Origin: the human T2T-CHM13v2.0 reference genome, Homo sapiens | Strand: one strand, 5' to 3' | Length of the DNA: 64,000 nucleotides | Assembly: GCF_009914755.1 (NCBI RefSeq) | Contig: NC_060931.1 | In this document: positions 1 to 14,199 of the stretch, one piece after another | Layout of the letters: each line of letters starts with the position of its first letter | Position numbering within the stretch: position 1 is the stretch's first letter | Program-made: the position numbers and the translations under genes | The notes under the pieces: generated by a model | Seen by the model: the letters and a program-made list of their open reading frames with translations, nothing else | Database searches by the model: none | Told to the model about the DNA's origin: nothing

Positions 1-330
1 AAATGGTGTATCTGCTGTTGAAAACGGCATGGGAGTTCCTGAAAATTAAAAACAAACAAACAAACAAACAAAAACTACTATGTGATCCAGTAATCCCACT
101 TCTGGGTATATAGTCAAGAGTTGAAAACAGAACCTCAAAATGATATACGCACTAATGCTACTTGCATCATTATTGACAATAGCCAAGATATGGAAGCAAC
201 TTCTATGCCCTAGAATGAAAGAATGGGTAGACAAAATGTGGTGTATACACACAAAATACAATATTATTCACTCTTACAAAGAAGAGAATCCTGTTAAATA
301 CTGCAGCATAGAGAAACCTCGAGAACATTT
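1..330 (+). mobile_element. Old L1 (L1MA/MB-like) 3' fragment
   Basis: Typical L1 ORF2-end text: 'gatccagtaatcccacttctgggtatata', 'gaatgggtagacaaaatgtggtgtatacacac'. Confidence 0.85.
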
Positions 331-638
331 GATCAATTGGTCTAGTTGTGGAAGGTAAGATAATTAGTCAAATATAACAGTTATGGAGTACTACAAATGG
401 GCATTGTATATAGTTACGTATGCTTCCTTCTAAATAATACTTCAAACAAAGAAATTAATATTAATACATACTTTCAAACCCCTATAAAGTTAACATTAAT
501 TCCTAAAAAAATTAGAGATATTTAAAAATCTTCAGCTTCTTTATTATTTGGTAATATGTTCTTCAGCATTAAAAAAATCGCACATTAATGTCATTTAATG
601 GTACCAGGTTTACATCAAGTCCAGACAAATATTTCTAG

Positions 639-930
<292 letters not shown>

Positions 931-1380
931 TAGATATTAATTTTTAAGTTGTTTTTTCTTCCAACATCTGAAGTCATAGAAGGTATTCAAATTAAATAAG
1001 TTAAATAGTTAAATAAGATAAATGAATAAATAAGGTGTCTAGTAGTTATTTATTCAATTGAGATGTTTAATGAATTGGAGGCTATCAATAGTTTTTTTTC
1101 CCCCCGAAACATTATCTTCAATGTAGCATTAGTAAAAGTTTTGAAACAAGTAAGGAAATAATTCAGGAAACTCATGAAGGTAGTTCTCATACTCATTTAT
1201 TCACTCAATTTTGACTGTGCATTTGGGAAGAACTAGGAACCATTTTTGAGACTGAAGAGGTACTATTAAATAAGGCCCTAAATTTTATAAGCTGGTGCTG
1301 ACACCAGTGGAACAAACAGGTCTCATTATGCAACTATGTATTAACTTTTCAGAACATTTAAAAATATGATTTGTTACTTT

Positions 1381-1656
1381 TTATTATTTATTTATTTATT
1401 TATTTTTGAGACAGTGTCACTCTGTCTCTCAGGCTGGAGTGCAGTGGCATCACTGCAATATCCACCTCCCAGGTTCTAGTGATTCTCCTGCCTTAGCCTT
1501 AGTAGCTGGGATTACAGGCATGTGCCACCAAGCCCAGCTAATTTTTGTATTTTTAATAGAGATGGGGTTTCACTATGTGGGCCAAGCTGGTCTTGAACTC
1601 CTGACGTCAAGTGATCAGCCCCCACCTCGGCCTCCCAAAGTGGTGGGATTACAGGA
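1381..1656 (-). mobile_element. AluS, slightly 5'-truncated
   Basis: (TTTA)n tail followed by reverse Alu body ending 'gggattacagg'. Confidence 0.93.
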
Positions 1657-3271
1657 ATTTTTATTTCTTTACAAAGACCTTTTACATGCTCTTTGGGTTT
1701 GCTCCTCCTCCTGGAAAATGAGTTAAGATTCACACAAAGCAGATAAAGCAGATAGCTTTATCCAAAGGAAAGCCCTGGTACTGTCTGTCACTCGTAATGT
1801 CCACAATTAAACTCAGGACATTTGATTCCAGTTCCATTTGGAAGTTAAACTAGTGCTGTGTTTCCTAAAGTAGGCTAGAAGGAAATGCTGACTCTTCTGG
1901 ACTGGTGGCAACAGTACTTAGAAAATGGCTTTTGGGATAAGTAAGTGAGGCTAGGTAAACCTCTTAACCAGGTGGTTTTACTTCTACCTGTCAGAGGTTT
2001 TAGTGTATTAATATGATAAATCATCAAAAAGTAAGCACAGGTTGCAAGGTTTCTCGAACATAAATGACAATACAATTCTTTTTTCATGGAGTATCTCCTG
2101 GGTCTAAATTCAGATGAAACATCTTGGGAGTATCTCTCTCGTTTTCTTTGGTACCACACATAACAGGCCAGGACCTGGAGACATTTGAGCATTCCATATG
2201 CCACAGTCCTGTTAAAACTTCTCTTCACCTCTCATCTCCCTAGTCAAGATCTATTAGCGAACAATGATAAAACATTTCTCTGTTTTAATTTGGCAAGAAG
2301 AAAAACTTCCTTCTGGAAAATAAAAATAGTTAACCATTTTACAGAAAGATATATCATAGAAATAATGTGGGTTTTGGAGTCTGCAGACATACTTTCCTCC
2401 ACAATTTCCTCTCCCAATTCACTTGGGAAAAATACTCATCGATGTAAAACAGGTGATACTTTATTTACCAGTCAGGTTGAGAAAATATTAAGTGTGAGAC
2501 TGTGTCAAAATGCCTAGTATATTAAAGATATAGTGCCAATCATTAAATAGCCTTTTCCTTCCTTTTTTATTCCTTCATATTTGGTTCTCCAAATGTTAAG
2601 TCTTATATATTCAACAAGGAAAATAATCTATCCTCAGAAATTGATGTAGAATGGGGTCTATTTGAAGGAAAGTCTCACTTTCCCCATATGAAAGAACATT
2701 AAGCCTGAAAACCATTTTGTGATGGGCCGGTTACGTATACCAGGATAGACTACTGAGTGCATGTAAAAATAAGGTCTCTGTTTTTTTAATTAACACCCTA
2801 GTAAATTTTCACATGAGAAAAAATGTAATGAAGAAACTATGTATTTCATATTAACATTTCATTTTTGAAGATGACTTAAGTGAACTGACAAAGACATTAG
2901 TTACTATGCTTGAAGGAAGCCTCCCAGTTCTGATTCAGCAGAGCATTACCCGCCAAGATGGTGGTGAAGCCTTTTCTTACCTTCTCAGACCATGCCAAAC
3001 TGTTGGATAGGACTTTAATCTGTGTGCTAATTCTGACAGCAACGCCTGTGGCAGCAAAGGTGAGTGTTCTCAATTACTCTGAATGAACCTTGATTGAATG
3101 TGAAAGATACTGTATTAACCAGTCACCTGTGGGGCTATGTTATATGCTACTTCCTGCTTAGTTCAATAAGGAAAGTGACTTGAGTTCTAATGAATTTCAA
3201 ACCCTGTTGCAACAAATTAGCCAGCTGATAACTCTTTACATTTGAATAATTGCTCCACAAGTCCTGAGCTA

Positions 3272-3328
3272 CTCTCTCTGTCTGTTTCTCTCTCTCTCTC
3301 CTTCTGACACACACACACACACACACAC
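3272..3328. repeat. (CT)n/(CA)n microsatellite
   Basis: Directly visible. Confidence 0.9.
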
Positions 3329-3872
3329 CTTTCTTATTTCCATGAAACTGGTTAGAGCATAAATTAATTTATTAAAATAAAAACAAATTTCTTATCTTTG
3401 ACTTATCACTAAGACAAATACAGAGTACAGAAGACAAACCAAAGCACTACTTTTTCTATTACATTGCTCATACTCCATTATGAACTCACTGGATAAACAG
3501 GAATTTTCTCCGCTTTGGTTTTCCTGTTCAACGTCCCCTCCATCTTTATCCCAAAACTTTCCTTCTAACACAGAGTCTATAGTTGTTTTGTCCCGTTGCA
3601 CTATTTTTTTTTAATTTAAAACTGAAAGGAAGTAATTATTTTTAAATTTTGGCTAATAATCCTATTTTGTTGAATACTTTTAGATTTACAGAAAACATTA
3701 ATAGATAACACAGAGCTCCCATACAACTCCACACAATTTCTCCTATAATTAACACATTACTTAAGTATGGTTCATTTGTTATGATTCATGAACTAATATG
3801 AGTACACATTAAGTAAGTTTTTAAGTCAGCTGGATAAATACCTCGGAGTGCAGTTGCTAGATTGTATGCTAA

Positions 3873-4202
<330 letters not shown>

Positions 4203-4829
4203 TAACTTTGTAAGAAACTGCCAGATTGCCTTCCAAAGATGCGGTATCATTTTGTATTTACATTACCAATAAATGAGAGTTCTTGTTTTTCCATATCTGC
4301 ATTGGCATTTGAGGTTGCCAATTTTTGGTTTTTAGCCATTCTAATAGGTGTGTAGTGGTGTCCCAGTGTTGCTTTAATTTGTAAACTTCTAGTGACATAT
4401 GATGTTGAGCATGTTTTCATATGCTTATGTGCCATCTGTATATTTGTTTGGTGAGGTGTATGTTCTTATCTTTTCCTCACTATTATCTGATTTGTTCATT
4501 TTCTTTATTGTTACATTTTTATATTTATTTGTATATCTTTGATGCCTGTATCAAATATTTAAAAAATACTTTCTCTAAGAATGTGGCTTTTTTTTAAATA
4601 GTGTCTCTTGCAGAGCAAAGTTGTTAATTTTAGTAAAATCCAATGTATCAATTTTTTCTTTCATGAACTGCACTTTTGCATTATATCAAAAAGGTATTGT
4701 CAAATACTTGTTCACCAGATTTTTAACTACGCTAAGTTTTAGAAATTTTATATTTCACATTTCAGATAGAAGTCTATGATTCATTTTTAGTGAACTTCAG
4801 TAAAAGCCATGAAATCTGTGACCAGATTT

Positions 4830-4839
4830 TGTGTGTGTG

Positions 4840-4872
<33 letters not shown>
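4830..4872. repeat. (TG)n microsatellite
   Basis: Directly visible. Confidence 0.9.
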
Positions 4873-4875
<3 letters not shown>

Positions 4876-7468
4876 TTCAATTGTTTCAGCACCGTTTGTT
4901 GAGATTATCCTCTTCTTTGAATTGCTTGGCTCTTTCATCAAAGATCAGTTGATTACAAATATAATTTGTGTGCATCAGTGTCTGAACTCCCTGTTTTTCC
5001 CATTGATTGATCTATGTGGTTATTCTTTCCCCAGTATCAAGCTATCTTGATTATTGCAACTTTATGGTAACTTCTGATGTCAGGTAGTGCCAATTATCCA
5101 ACTTGGCTCTTCTTCAATATTGTCTTGGCTTTTCTGTTTATTATGCCTTTTTACATAAACTTAAAAATCCCTTTATTGACATATACAGTAGAGCTTTAAT
5201 CAACATTTTTATTGGGATTGTGTTAAATCTGCAGATCACATTGGGAAGAATTGGCATTTTAATAATATTGAGTCTACTAATCAATGATTTCTCAATTATT
5301 TAGCTCTTCTTTGACTTCCTTTAACAGATTTTTAGAGTTTTCTACATTCACAGCCTGTACATATTTTGTTAGATTTATATCTATATATTCCATTATAGAA
5401 TTTTTCATTATTATACATTGTTTTGCTTTATTTTACATTGCTTTTATGTATTGCTGATACATAGAATTAACAAGTGTCTCTTCTATATTAACCTATATCT
5501 TGCAACCTAGCTATACTCATCTGTTTCAGGAGGTTTTTGCTATCGTTATGGGTGTTATTGTTTCTTTCAGATTTCAGTCTTTCACCTATGATAGCTGTAT
5601 TTCACCTTTTTATACCTGTACGAATTTTATTATATTTTTCTTGTCATATTCACCAGCTAAGTCTTCTGGGATAATGTTAAATAAAAGTGGTAAGGGAGGA
5701 CCAGGTCTACTGAGAGGCTGACGAGCCTCTCAGTGGCACTCTTCATTCCTGTTACAATGCTCTTTATGTCTGTCATTGCCTTTTGATTCTCGCGTTTCTA
5801 CCTCTACTTACATTTCTCATCCATCCATGCATGTTGACATTTTCCCATTAGATCCCTTAACATGTAAGTCATTGTTATTTTAAATTCCCTATCATATCTT
5901 CAAACATCTGTGTCCTATCCAAGTCTGGCACGATGCTTATTTTGTCTCTCCTTACTGTGCTGTTTCTTGCCTTAGGTTGCCTTGTGATATTTTTGAGTGC
6001 TGGACATAATGTGTAGAGTAACCGAAACTGAGGTAAAAAGACTTTAGCTTGAAGTTTCTGATGACTGGCTAGTAGCTGTGCAGTGTTTAATGTTTGATAT
6101 CACTGTAGGTCCCTGAAGCTTCAGTTTCCTTTATTGTCGTCATTTTTCCTTTCTCTTTCTCTTATCTTCAGGTATCCCCAGTAACTCCCTCTTAAATAGA
6201 GTGTGCCTTATAGCTCTGTTATTGTAATTTATTTTTATTTTATTGAAACTTGTTGATATGGTGTTAATATATGGGAGAAGAAGCATTTTTAATGTTATGA
6301 CTAAATTTCCATCTTTTGATGGGAATAAGTACCTGGGATTTGAACTTCAGATGTGTTTCATAGCCTTTTTATGTTTTCATAGATGAGGCAGAAAGACTGG
6401 AGGAGTCTGGGGTAGGCTGATGTTTCTTCCATCAGGCAAGGAAGGCTTTGGTATAGTCGTTGCCCATGGAGAACGAGCCTGTGCTATGGGGAACTTTCTG
6501 AGCATATTTCAAAATGGTGACTTTTCGCCATCCCCTGCATAAAACGTGAAGTTTTTCTTTTTCTTTTCTTTTTTTAAAAAATGGCTTCTCTGTAGGAAAC
6601 TTGTGTGGTTCCCTGAAATAAAATCTATCAGAACGTGAATCCTCTCCATTAGGCCTCAGCACCTAGGAGTTTCTCAATGGAACTTAATCAGCACCAGCCT
6701 CCAGAAATTCATAAAACTGCCATTAAGTGTCTCTACCTGTTTATGTCACTAGCAATTTCTATTTCAGAAAAAATAATCTCAGCCATGATTCTATATATTC
6801 ACCTGTGTCTTCAGAATTCAGTGGTGTTTTTCCCTGGGATCCTCAATTTTCTGTTGGGTATAACAGAAGTCATTGATGTGGTTTGCTCATGTATTCTTTT
6901 TTTCTTCTTTTAAGGATGGGAGTGATGGCTTCCAAGCACTTTAAATATCGGAGCTGAAACTGGAATTCAGCGATCTTTTAATATCCTAAGGATCTGTAGG
7001 AGTGTTCCCTTTACTTTCATGATATTTCTAATTACAGCTTTCTTTCTGTTTTTTTTTTTTGTTGTTGTTGTTTTTGTTGATCAGTCTAGAAAAGGTTTAT
7101 TAATTTAATTGATCTTTCAGTATGGCCCTGTGAATAAATCAATTACCCTGTGGATAAAATTTGGTGTTCTTTCGAGATTTTGCTTGTTATAAATGGTGAC
7201 TTTTTCACACATATTCAAGAATTTAAACCTAGGAGCAAAGAGTGGGATCTTAGGTTTTCAAAAGTTCAGTTTTACACAAGAATGTCAATGTAGTGCCGAA
7301 GTACATTTTACCAATTTTCACTCATATTATAAGTGTATAAGTGTACACACAAGGTACATCCAGATCAACATATACACTATAGGACCACTTAAATTTTGGT
7401 AGGATTATGATTGTAGAATGGCATGTCTACTTATTATCATAATTTGCATTTTTAAATTTATGACCGCC

Positions 7469-7515
7469 ATATATATATACACACACACACACACATATGC
7501 TATATGTATATATAT
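7469..7515. repeat. (TA)n(CA)n microsatellite
   Basis: Directly visible. Confidence 0.85.
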
Positions 7516-10500
7516 GGTTTGGGTTTGGCTACTAATTCATTGTTTTCTTTGGGAAGTGAGATTCCGTCCTTCCTATATTATATTTTAAAGAAGTAAAATT
7601 CACACTGCCTTTATCAAAATTTGATCAAAATCTTCGGCATAATCTTTTAAAATTTCTAAAGCAGATTTTGATTTTTTTTCCTTTTTTTAAAAAAAGCATG
7701 TCTGGTGGCATACAAATTTAAATACCATAGAAGGGGATTCAAATGTCTCTCCTGAAGTGACTTATTTTCTCCCACATTGAAAGCGTGGAATGGCTTTTGG
7801 TAGCCAGCTGGGATGGTGGACGGTGCAGGTGCAGCGGTAGCTTAGTGCCTGCTAGAGAGGGTTCATCTGATTATGAGATGTGAGTGTCAACCTGTCTACC
7901 AGGTTTAAACAGGAGAGGAAGATTTTACCACTACCAAAACACATAAAGAGAATGGCCAAGGGATGCCAATGCAATTTTTCTACTGGAAAATACTATGTCT
8001 CCGTTGATTTTTTTCCTCATTAAAAAAAAGTAGTAAATATGAAGCAAAGCAAACTGGGATTCAGTAGAGACGGGATGCAAGGTTTGAGTGTAAGTGAAGT
8101 AAGCATAGGCCTGTTTGTTCAGTCCTCTAAGTTGACTGTGTCACATCGATGGGACAGACCTCACTATGCCAAGGCACTTGGTTCACTTCGTTGTGCAATA
8201 AACGTTCTGGAAAGAGTGTTTACTATCCATCAGATTCCCTGACTGGCAGACAAGCATGCAGCAAAAATCTGCAGAGCAATAGGTTTTGGTACGAAAGGTT
8301 AAGTGGAGGGGGAAAGAGAAAAAAAAATGCTTGGCAAAGAATACTCACTGTGTGTGCTTTTGGCTATCAGCTGATGTTCACTCCTGTGGAGAATTCTGGG
8401 AAACTAGAGAAGCAATCTGTGAGCCGGTTAGCTCAAGCCTCCTCATTTGTGTAGGCTGGAGTACATAGGTGTTTCTTTATATTTTCCTTAGAGCCTTTAA
8501 ATTTTGTGTTATTTAGTTGGTCAAAAAATCTTTATTCTTTTCTGATACCCATGCTTATAGAAAACAGATCATATTTCAGAAAATTTCTAAATTGTGTCTA
8601 CTATAAATCTAAAAAATAAGAATAGAAGGTGATAAGGATATGTAGGAAATGAAGCAGTCTAAGTGTGACTGAAAATAAAAGAGTTTGCTGAATTTGAAAC
8701 AGCAAAGGTGACGGTGGATGGGATTGAGTCTAAGTTATTATTTCAGGCAAAAGTAAATTTCACAAGTGCACTCTTTTGGTTATATTTTCTCCTCTGCAGT
8801 GTAGCTTGTCCAAAGACCTAGACCAATGTCTGTAGAATTTGCTAAGGAAGCAGACTACCTAGAAAAGTCTATAATTAGTCAAAATGCATTTATGTGTAAA
8901 CACAGTAGGATATATTTCTGTGATACTCAAGGACTCAAAAAATACAATATCTCTATATCTTTCCTTAATATCTTATTGCATATGTACTTAAAATTCACTG
9001 CATCAGTAAGGGTAAAGCCTGGAAACCCTTGATTTAAAAGGAAAATGAAAACAAAGACCTGAGGTAAGCTGTGATGTAAGCTTAATTTGGAAAGTAAAGT
9101 CTCATCCATCACACACTTGTTTTAAAGTCAGAATAATGGATTGCTAAAAGCTGAGTTAAGCCATTTGACTGACATACACATCTCTTCATAGAACTGAATG
9201 AAAATCAATCTTCCCTGAGGCTCATTGTAAGAGAACCCTGCTTACGCTGATGCCAGATAACTACATATAGTTACATTTAACTAATTGTTGAAAATGTAAC
9301 AATTGCCTAATTTGCTAGTTGAGACAGATTTGTGGTTCATAGTAGGATTAATGTTTATATTTCGTCCCTCTTTATATTTCATCCAGGTTGGCAGAAGTGT
9401 GCGACTGGTGGTAAGACTTTTTTACTAAATTGATCATCAATAAAATTATAATTTTATTTAAGTATGTGAATTATTTGCTACTTTTTGCTAAAATGCAAAT
9501 ATTTATATTTTTATTATACATAGTTTAAAAGGAAATATGGAGGGACAAAAATCTAGAACTGTTATTAACAAACGCCATATAAAACATAACTTTTGTTTTT
9601 AATATACATTAAATACTCGTTTAATGTGATAATCCAGTCATATTTTTATACTATCTTTTATTTCTGTTCTAAAAATATAAGACAAACTTCAGAGAAGTAT
9701 CTATTATACAACAAAAGCTGGAACATTACATTGGTAGCATTTTGCTACTAGAAACTTTCAATTTGTTTATATATGAAGAATATTTTCCAATATGTTAAAC
9801 AGTGTTGAATAATTATCTTTCCTACTTGGATATCTCTTATTTTTACTCCTTTTTTAGCTAATTCTACCTAAATTTTCATTTTGTAAATAACATGAGATTT
9901 ATAGTTAGATATTCATATCTTCATAAGAATATAAATGGCAATTAAGACTGTTTCACTTTTCTAATGTGATCTACAATCACACAGGGGTTCACCCTCCTCA
10001 GACTACAATAAGTACTTGGACTTTGCTTTGCTTACACATATATCACTGTATCATTTGGAGTAGACATCTCAAAATCAAATTATTAGATAGAAAATGCTGC
10101 AATTTTAAATACAATGAAAATTGCTGTGCTTTACAGAATCTCCTCCTGAAAGCCAAATATAACGCTAAATTGAGGCATTTTTCAAGAAAAAAAAAGAGAG
10201 AAAATGACCTGTTGAGATAACTTAGACAGTTTCCTTAAAATAATGTGAATAATTGCTGCTATTCACTGACTTATTTGACTCAAAATTTATATAAAATTTA
10301 GCCTTCAAGTTCATAAGTATTGGTTGTTTTAGCTTTCTGCTAGTGAGAAATACATTAGTAAAAAAAAATTTTTCTGCTAGATTTATATCAGAAAATAAAA
10401 ACTTTTTTAATTTATTGGTTTTCTTCAGTAACCTTTACAATGACTTTAGCTAATTACTAAAGTTAAAACATAGTTAAATAACCACAAAATGTGTTTATTT

Positions 10501-10879
10501 GGTTGTTTTACAGTTGGACGAAAAGAACTGTAGTTATAGATTTATTTAGTCAAATTTAAAAGTAGGATATTTCCAACAATGAGAATTTTCAGGTAGTTTA
10601 TACAATTCTGGAGGAACCATATTTGTTTTCAAAGTCTTTTTTAAATTAAAAAAAAATTTAACTCCTGTTTATTCTATTTGCAATGGTTATTTCTATCAAA
10701 TGACAAAAAGTGAAAAACCCAAATTCTGATCATTTCTTTTAACTCTGCAGTGTTGGAATTGTTTTCTAAACAATGGCCAAAAAGCTATACAGTTTTTTTC
10801 ATTATTTTTCTTCTTCTCCATTGTTTCCCATTTATCCTTTTTAAAATATACTATAATGCTTTATAAAATTAAGTTTTAT

Positions 10880-11010
10880 GGTGTGGTTCACCAAACTGGA
10901 TGTTTATTGAAGATGAAGTCTGATTGGCCTGAGTACAGGAAGATTATTATCTCCCTTTCACTGGACACAGTGCTTTTCTTAAGGTATAAGATGACTTTGT
11001 AGCATAGCTA
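10880..11010 (-). mobile_element. L3/CR1 LINE fragment
   Basis: 'caaactggatg...gtctgattggcctgagtacaggaagattattatctccct...ctggacacagtgc' resembles reverse CR1 RT C-terminal region. Confidence 0.55.
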
Positions 11011-11239
11011 CTCTACATCTGTTTCCAAAATAGTTTAAGCAATCTGTGGAAATATTTAATAATGACAATTTAAAAAGTTAAACTCAAGGAGAGTCATAAT
11101 AAATTTTATAAAAGAAGTATATTATTTGTACCAAATCTCAGATAATATTGTTTATCAGTGAAATAAGGTGTTAAGAGTCCCTGGAAACAAGTATATATAC
11201 AAATATATGTTGAGATATATGGCTGCCATCAGCTTGCTT

Positions 11240-12520
11240 TTTAAAAATTTTATTTCACAATATTTGGTTGAGATATAAAAATTATATTAAAGGTATACAT
11301 CATGATGATTTTATATATGTGTAAACTGTGTACTGATTTCCACAAATTAACACAACTGTCATCACCCATAGTTACTATTTTGTGTGCATACATGTGTGTA
11401 TGCACTTGTAATCTTCTGATCCTGATAATAGCCATCCTAAAAGGTACAAGGTAACTTTTCATTGGAGCTGTGAATTGCATTTCTCTGATGATTAGTGATG
11501 CTCAGCACCTTGTCATATACCTATCAGCCATTTTTATGTCCTCTTTGGAAAAATGTTTATTCAAGGCCTTTACTCATTTTTAGATTGGGTTTTTTGATTT
11601 TTTGATTTTAATTTTTACTTTTTGTAATTGTATTGTGTGATTACCTGATATATCTTAGATATATAATAATACCCTAACAGATTTATGGGTTACACATATT
11701 TTCTCCTATTCTGTAGGTTGCCTTTCATTTGTAAATTCTTTCCTTTGCTGTGCAGAATGTTTTTGTTTAATGTATCACCACTTGCTTATTTTTGGCTTTG
11801 TTGCTTATGATTTTTGTGTCATATCTAAAAAATTCATTGAAAGACAAATGTCAAGGAACTTTTCCACTAAGTTTTCTACAATTAATTTTATAGTTTTAAA
11901 TCTTAACTTTAAGTATTTAATCTATTTTGAGTTAACTTTGGTATATGCCATAAAACAAGGGTCTTTCATTCATTTGCATGTAGAAAAATAGTTTTCCCAA
12001 CACCATTTATTGAAAAGACTATGCTTTCTCAATTGTGTATTCTTGGCACCTTTGTCAAAGATTAGTTGAAAATCTTTGTATGGGTTTGTTGCCTATTTTT
12101 ATGTCAATATGATACTGTTTTGATTACCCTAACTTTGTAATATAATTTGAAAATAGGAGTGTGATGCTTCCAGCTTTGTTTTTCTTTCTCTGACTTGCTT
12201 TGGCTACTTGGAGTCTTTTGTGGTTCTACAAACAATCATAAGCAGTTTTAGAATTGTTTATTCAATTTCTGTAAAAAAGATCATTGGAATTTTCATAGAG
12301 ATTGCAGTGAATCTGTATATCACGTTGGGCAGTTTGTACATTTTAACAATAGTAAGTCTTTCAATCTATCACTGTGGAATATCTTTTCATTTATTTGTGT
12401 CTTCTTCAAGTTCTGTCATTAATGTTTTATAGTTTTCATTGTAAAGATTGTTCACCCATTTGGTTAAAGTTATCTCTAAGTATTATATTCTTTTTGATGC
12501 TCTTGTAAATGGGATTTTTT
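11240..12520 (-). mobile_element. L1MA (MA8-10-like) with internal deletion
   Basis: Reverse L1MA 3' end, then 'ttgcatttctctgatgattagtgatg', 'ttttcccaacaccatttattgaaaagact'. Confidence 0.88.
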
Positions 12521-12699
12521 TAAAAGAGGAAAAGGGCCAGTTGCTTCTAGGTAGTAGTTTCCCTGGGAAAGTCCTCCACTGCAAGATAATCTCTCCTTCT
12601 CTTTCTCCTTTTCTTTTGTTTTTTCCTCTTCAGTAAAATCTTTAGAATGGCTTGCTTTTCTAGATGGCTAAAATATTTTTCCTCTCTCTTTGGATGTTA

Positions 12700-13490
12700 A
12701 CCTGAAATTCGCGGTCATCCTGAATGGTGACTGCTATGCAGGCGGCCTCCATGTATGCTCCTGTCTGCCCCTTACCCTGAGAGCTGCCTCCTCTCTAGGG
12801 TATCCCAGTTGACCTCATGAGGATGGAAGGATAAAGAGCCCCAGAAGAAATGGAATGCCGCAATGTAGAGCAGCACCATCGTCAGTGAGGTGTTTTGGCT
12901 TCCTGTGAAGTGGGTTCCCCCTCTGTTTGGAGAAACCTACAGAGTTTCAGCACACTACCACTGACACAGTGGCCGTGCATATGGGAGTCTCCCAGTTCCA
13001 GTGTGCAGGATTTCACTAAGCACTTGGTGGTCATGCCTGATGGCCTCAGCACCAAGGTTGGGGTTGCCCCTCTCCTGTCCCGGAACATTGCTACATGAAT
13101 TGGGACCTTCAAACAGTTTAGCCAGTTTGACTCTGGTCAGTAGTTCTCATGCGAGGAGTGAGAGCAATCATGGTCATCCCTTTGCAGTAGTAGGCTGGCA
13201 ATTTGTGCACCTTGGAGAGGACTTGGCTTTTCAAGGGTAGGAATTTAGGGTAGAAAGATGTGGCCACACTGAACAAACACAATAGGCAGTGATGCACAGC
13301 AGCACAGATATTTGCCAGCAAGTGGCAGATCCCTCCTAGATGGCGTGAGCCACAGGGGAGAGCCCGTTAGTGAGCCATGAGCAGTCTAAAGGCATGCGTC
13401 TCCTTCCTCATGGTCATGGCCATGCACTCTAACAGCTGCCCCCAATCACCATTGTGATTTCTCTTTCTAACTTTTCCTGGAGTTCTCTCT
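12700..13490 (-). mobile_element. Probable ERVL-class internal (leader/gag) remnant
   Basis: GC-richer block directly adjoining the LTR at 13490; no intact ORF; family inferred from context. Confidence 0.4.
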
Positions 13491-13995
13491 GTCAAGAGTG
13501 GTCATAAGCGAGGTAGCCACTCTTTAGGAGAACCCTGCCAGGTGGAAGGTTAGGTTTGGGTGAGTGTGTCATGTAAGACACAGTAAGGGGATGAAACCAA
13601 AATGCATGAAACAGAAGAGATGTACCACTTATACTTCCTAGAGAGTTTAGGAGTGTGACGGTCACCAACAGGAGGTCTGGAGGTGGCAGGAGGCTCAGTC
13701 AGTGGGTGGGGAGCGAGACAGAAGGAGAAGCTTGGGGGTCAGGGTGTCACGGTGCCTAGATGTCATTTCTTAGGCTTTCCCGTGGGTTGTGGATGGTCTA
13801 AGGAAGCATGTGAGAAGTAGGTACTTATTACATGACTCTGATGTTGCCCAATAGGTTTGATCCTGATCAGCTGTGTGAGACGTATTGAGTTTTGAGTTTG
13901 TGCAGTGAGGAAAAAGTGGACTATCTTGCAAATGACCACAAATGAGGATAAGCTTTAACTAGGCCAACAGTGACAGGATGCTAATGGGTTTGAAA
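13490..13995 (-). mobile_element. Old ERVL LTR (MER54/MER73/MER74 group)
   Basis: 'actctttaggagaaccctgccaggtggaaggttaggtttggg...agacacagtaaggggatgaaacc' matches remembered reverse consensus of this group. Confidence 0.6.
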
Positions 13996-14199
13996 CAACT
14001 TATGTCAGACCTAAAAATGGATGCTGAGGCAGCAGCTGTACCATATAAATACATATTTCATGTATTGTATGAGATATGTATTCAACCAAGACATATCTAT
14101 ACAATACCTCGTATTGTATGAGATATGATGGAGGTGTGATATTAGATCTGGCATGAGAAGGCAGGTTCATGAAGAAAAACAAGGGGGAATGTAAACTAT

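Noticed and set aside
8421-8436. 'gagccggttagctcaa' resembling a tRNA-Ile 5' end
   Set aside because: Only ~13 nt match; no B box or cloverleaf.
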